Part shown: piece by piece, positions 61,206-64,000 of the stretch
Position numbering within the stretch: the stretch's first letter is position 1
Layout: every line of letters starts with the position of its first letter
NCBI RefSeq assembly: GCF_009914755.1
Contig: NC_060933.1
DNA from: the human T2T-CHM13v2.0 reference genome, Homo sapiens
Length of the DNA: 64,000 nucleotides
Reading direction: 5' to 3' (one strand)
The notes under the pieces: generated by a model
Seen by the model: the letters and a program-made list of their open reading frames with translations, nothing else
What the model was told of the DNA's origin: nothing
Databases searched by the model: none
Program-made: the position numbers and the translations under genes

Positions 61206-63147
61206 AGGGCTTTGCCATGACATATTACCTGTCTATTACCTGCCTGTAAATAGGTTTTTAGATTTCCCTGACAGGAGAAGGTTAAACATTGTAAACATTG
61301 TAAAAATGTTTAACCTTCCCCTCAAACATTGTAAAAAACATGCCATTAGATAATTTCTTAAGGAAATACTCCAAAAAGCTTCTCTTCTCCTAAGAGACAT
61401 CTTAGGATGAGTTAGTCAGTGTAAATGGGGGGTTGAAGCACATCCAAATGAAAGATGAATTCTGCTGCCTCATTCTTTTAATGGCCTCCTGCCCAAAATA
61501 AAACTAGCCAGCAAGCGGTATTTATCTTAGCGATGCTGCCATTTCATATTACAAAGTGACCATGCAGTCTCATGAACATAGTCCAAAAGTGCTGACTTTC
61601 AAAGGCAGTTGAATTTTTTTTTTACTTGTTACTGTTTTATAGCTTTGCATAAAATGCTAATGCAATGACATTTGTAGAACTATTAAATCATTTTAATGAA
61701 AGAGTAACAGTTATACAACTAATTCATTTTAGTGCATTTCACTTGCAGAATCCTTTAGTAGTTGATTGTAATGGGAAGAAGCAATTTTTTTTTGTAGCTC
61801 CATAATTTTGTTCTCATGTGGAACCAAATCTCATTATTTTGGTGTAGTTTATATCCAAGTCTAATGGAGCAAATCCATTGACAGAATTTGTTGTCCCAAA
61901 TCTGGGCCCATTTGCCTGATGGCCCCCACTTAATGTGATCTATAGTCTAGCCAAGCCAAGTCTGCTTCTCTGGAAAAATATGGCTTTCTGTTTTCCTTTT
62001 AAGTGTTTAGGGGTAAATATACAGTCATGCATTTTCAGCTACTGAAAAATGAGCTCAATCGCCATAACACCAAATCAAGGAAAACATTTGGGCTTTAAAA
62101 ATTATCTTTGATCATATAACAAGACAGCTGGGATTGATTATTATCCCGGTCCCACATTTCCTCATTAATGGCCATCCCACTCGGTATATGCTGTCATGCC
62201 AGGACCTCTGTGGAAGAGAATGGCTGGAAAGCCTGGAAACATTAAGCCCTGTGAGCAGTGGAAACAGATTTACATTTCTAAACAGATCCTTTGTTAAAGA
62301 TCACCAGTGCATAGATCTGCAGCTTTCTTCTAGAGTAAAATCATTCTCTGTTTCTCTATTCCTGGCCCCCATGTTTTCAGACAAAGCTTCCATTAATAGA
62401 TAACTCTTTCTTAAACAAAAATTTCTTTTAAGGAATTGCATTCCCTGATGTCCTCAAATGCTTAGGTTACCCAGAGAGTTGACTTCATTGTCAACATATT
62501 TTTACCCCCTTACAAACATATGTATTCCCTTTAACATTTTTCTCCTTACAAACTGTATTATTCCTCTTAAAATAAGTATATTCTTGTGAAATATGAATTC
62601 ATTTTGTTTACCCTTACTGCAAATTTTTCTTCTGATTTTCTTCTGAACCAACTAGTCTCATTATTATTCTACCATGAGTTTAAGGATTTTGCTGCTAAAA
62701 TGTTCATATCTTTTCCTTCACTCAGGCTTCTCTTGAGCATAGATGTAAAATATTGCAAAGATGTGAAAACTAGAATGTTTTCCCTCCAGGTGAACTGATT
62801 ATCAAACTTAGTGTCCTGAACAACAGCACTCTTCTGCATTTTATCTAGCTTTGATCATTTTAGAACATAGATTTCTTCTAAAACAATGCCTGTACAGTAT
62901 CATTCCAAATATATAACAGTGAAATTAATGCCTTTTTCATTCACACGGTATTATCGACCGGAAGAAGCACATCCATTTAGATTCTCACTAGCAGCCTAGT
63001 TTACTTTATTCCATTATTTACAATGAAAGGGTTAGAATTTCTGTTTGTATTTATGTAGGTGGTACATTAAATGTGTACAATTTTATGAATATTTTTCATC
63101 CAGCTCATCAGAATACCAATTTTGTCTGTTAAAATATCGTATATTTC

Positions 63148-64000
63148 TGGCCAATACCACATCTGACCCGCGAGCACAGAACCCCGCCCTTGCCGCTCTG
63201 CCGCCCAGTCCACACCCGCCGCCAGCTCACCATGGATGATGATATCGCCCCACTTGTCATTGACAACGGCTCAGGCATGTGCAAGGCCGGCTTTGCAGGT
63301 GATAATGTCCCCCTGGGCCATCTTCCCCCTCCATCGTGGAGCTCCCTAGGCGCCAGGGTGTGATGGTGGGCATGGGTCAGAAGGACTTGTACGTGGGGCG
63401 GCAAGGCCCAGAGCAAGAGAGGCATCCTGACCCTGAAGTACCCCATCGAGCACACATCGTCACCACCTGGGATGACATGGAGAAGATCTGGCTCTACAAT
63501 GAGCTGGGTGTGGCTCCTGAGGAGCACCCGTGCAGCTGACTGAGGCCCCCATGAACCACAAGGCCAACTGCAAGAAGATGACCCAGATCATGTTTGAGAC
63601 CTTCAACACCCCAGCCATATACGTGGCCATCCAGGCCTTGTGGTCCCTGTACGCCTCTGGCCGTACCACTAGCATCATGATGGACTCCGTGGATGGGGTC
63701 ACCCACACTGTGCCCATGTACAAGGGGCATGCCCTCCCCCATGCCATCCTGTATCTGGACCTGGCCGGCTGGGACCTGACTGGCTACCTCATGAAGATCC
63801 TCACCCAGCGCGGCTACAGCTTCACTACCAGGGCAGAGCAGGAGATTGTGCATGACATCAAGGAAAAGCTGTGCTACGTCGCCCTGGACTTCGAGCAGGA
63901 GATGGCCACGGCAGCCTCCAGCTCCTCCCTGGAGAAGATCTAGGAGCTGCCCTACTGCCAGGTCATCACCATCGGCAACGAGTGTTTCCTCTGCCCCAAG
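63148..64000 (+). pseudogene. ACTBP: Processed beta-actin (ACTB) pseudogene, 5'-complete, cut by the window edge; specific ACTBP number not determined
   Basis: ACTB 5'UTR (cgcgagcacaga...cacacccgccgccagctcaccATG), ATG at 63232 giving MDDDIA (beta isoform N-terminus); no introns; frameshifts after ~codon 27; WHHTFY->WLY deletion; TAG at 63941-63943 in place of a Tyr codon. Confidence 0.96.

Noticed and set aside
63232-64000. Functional actin gene
   Set aside because: Intronless, with multiple frameshifts, an internal deletion and a premature TAG.

Overview
Primate (human or great-ape) nuclear DNA, AT-rich and dominated by interspersed repeats. I found no intact cellular protein-coding gene. 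The main landmarks are a full-length L1PA2-like LINE-1 on + (22704-28748, 15-bp TSD, ORF1 nonsense codons, ORF2 frameshifts) and an older full-length L1PA6-like LINE-1 on - (36474-42573), which face each other tail-to-tail. There is also a two-LTR THE1B-like element (43386-45713), solo LTRs (MER52, MER50, LTR2, MLT1, THE1D), many Alu/MIR/L2/L1M/hAT fragments, a ~0.9-kb degenerate 27-bp minisatellite (50470-51392), and a 5'-complete processed beta-actin pseudogene running off the right edge (from ~63148). The less ordinary structures visible in the sequence are: (i) an L1 3' transduction with its own AATAAA, second A-tail and displaced TSD (32241-32695); (ii) a tail-less Alu fragment inside an MLT1 LTR with two interlocking fold-back hairpins, resembling a double-strand-break repair scar (49128-49263), plus two further fold-back scars (20051-20074, 61273-61335); (iii) a frameshift-extended ORF0 and an endonuclease-intact truncated ORF2 in the L1PA2; (iv) two strong CTCF-like motifs and motif-rich unique blocks. 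I cannot support a claim of a new biological system. Repeat subfamily names come from my recall of consensus sequences and need RepeatMasker/Dfam confirmation.
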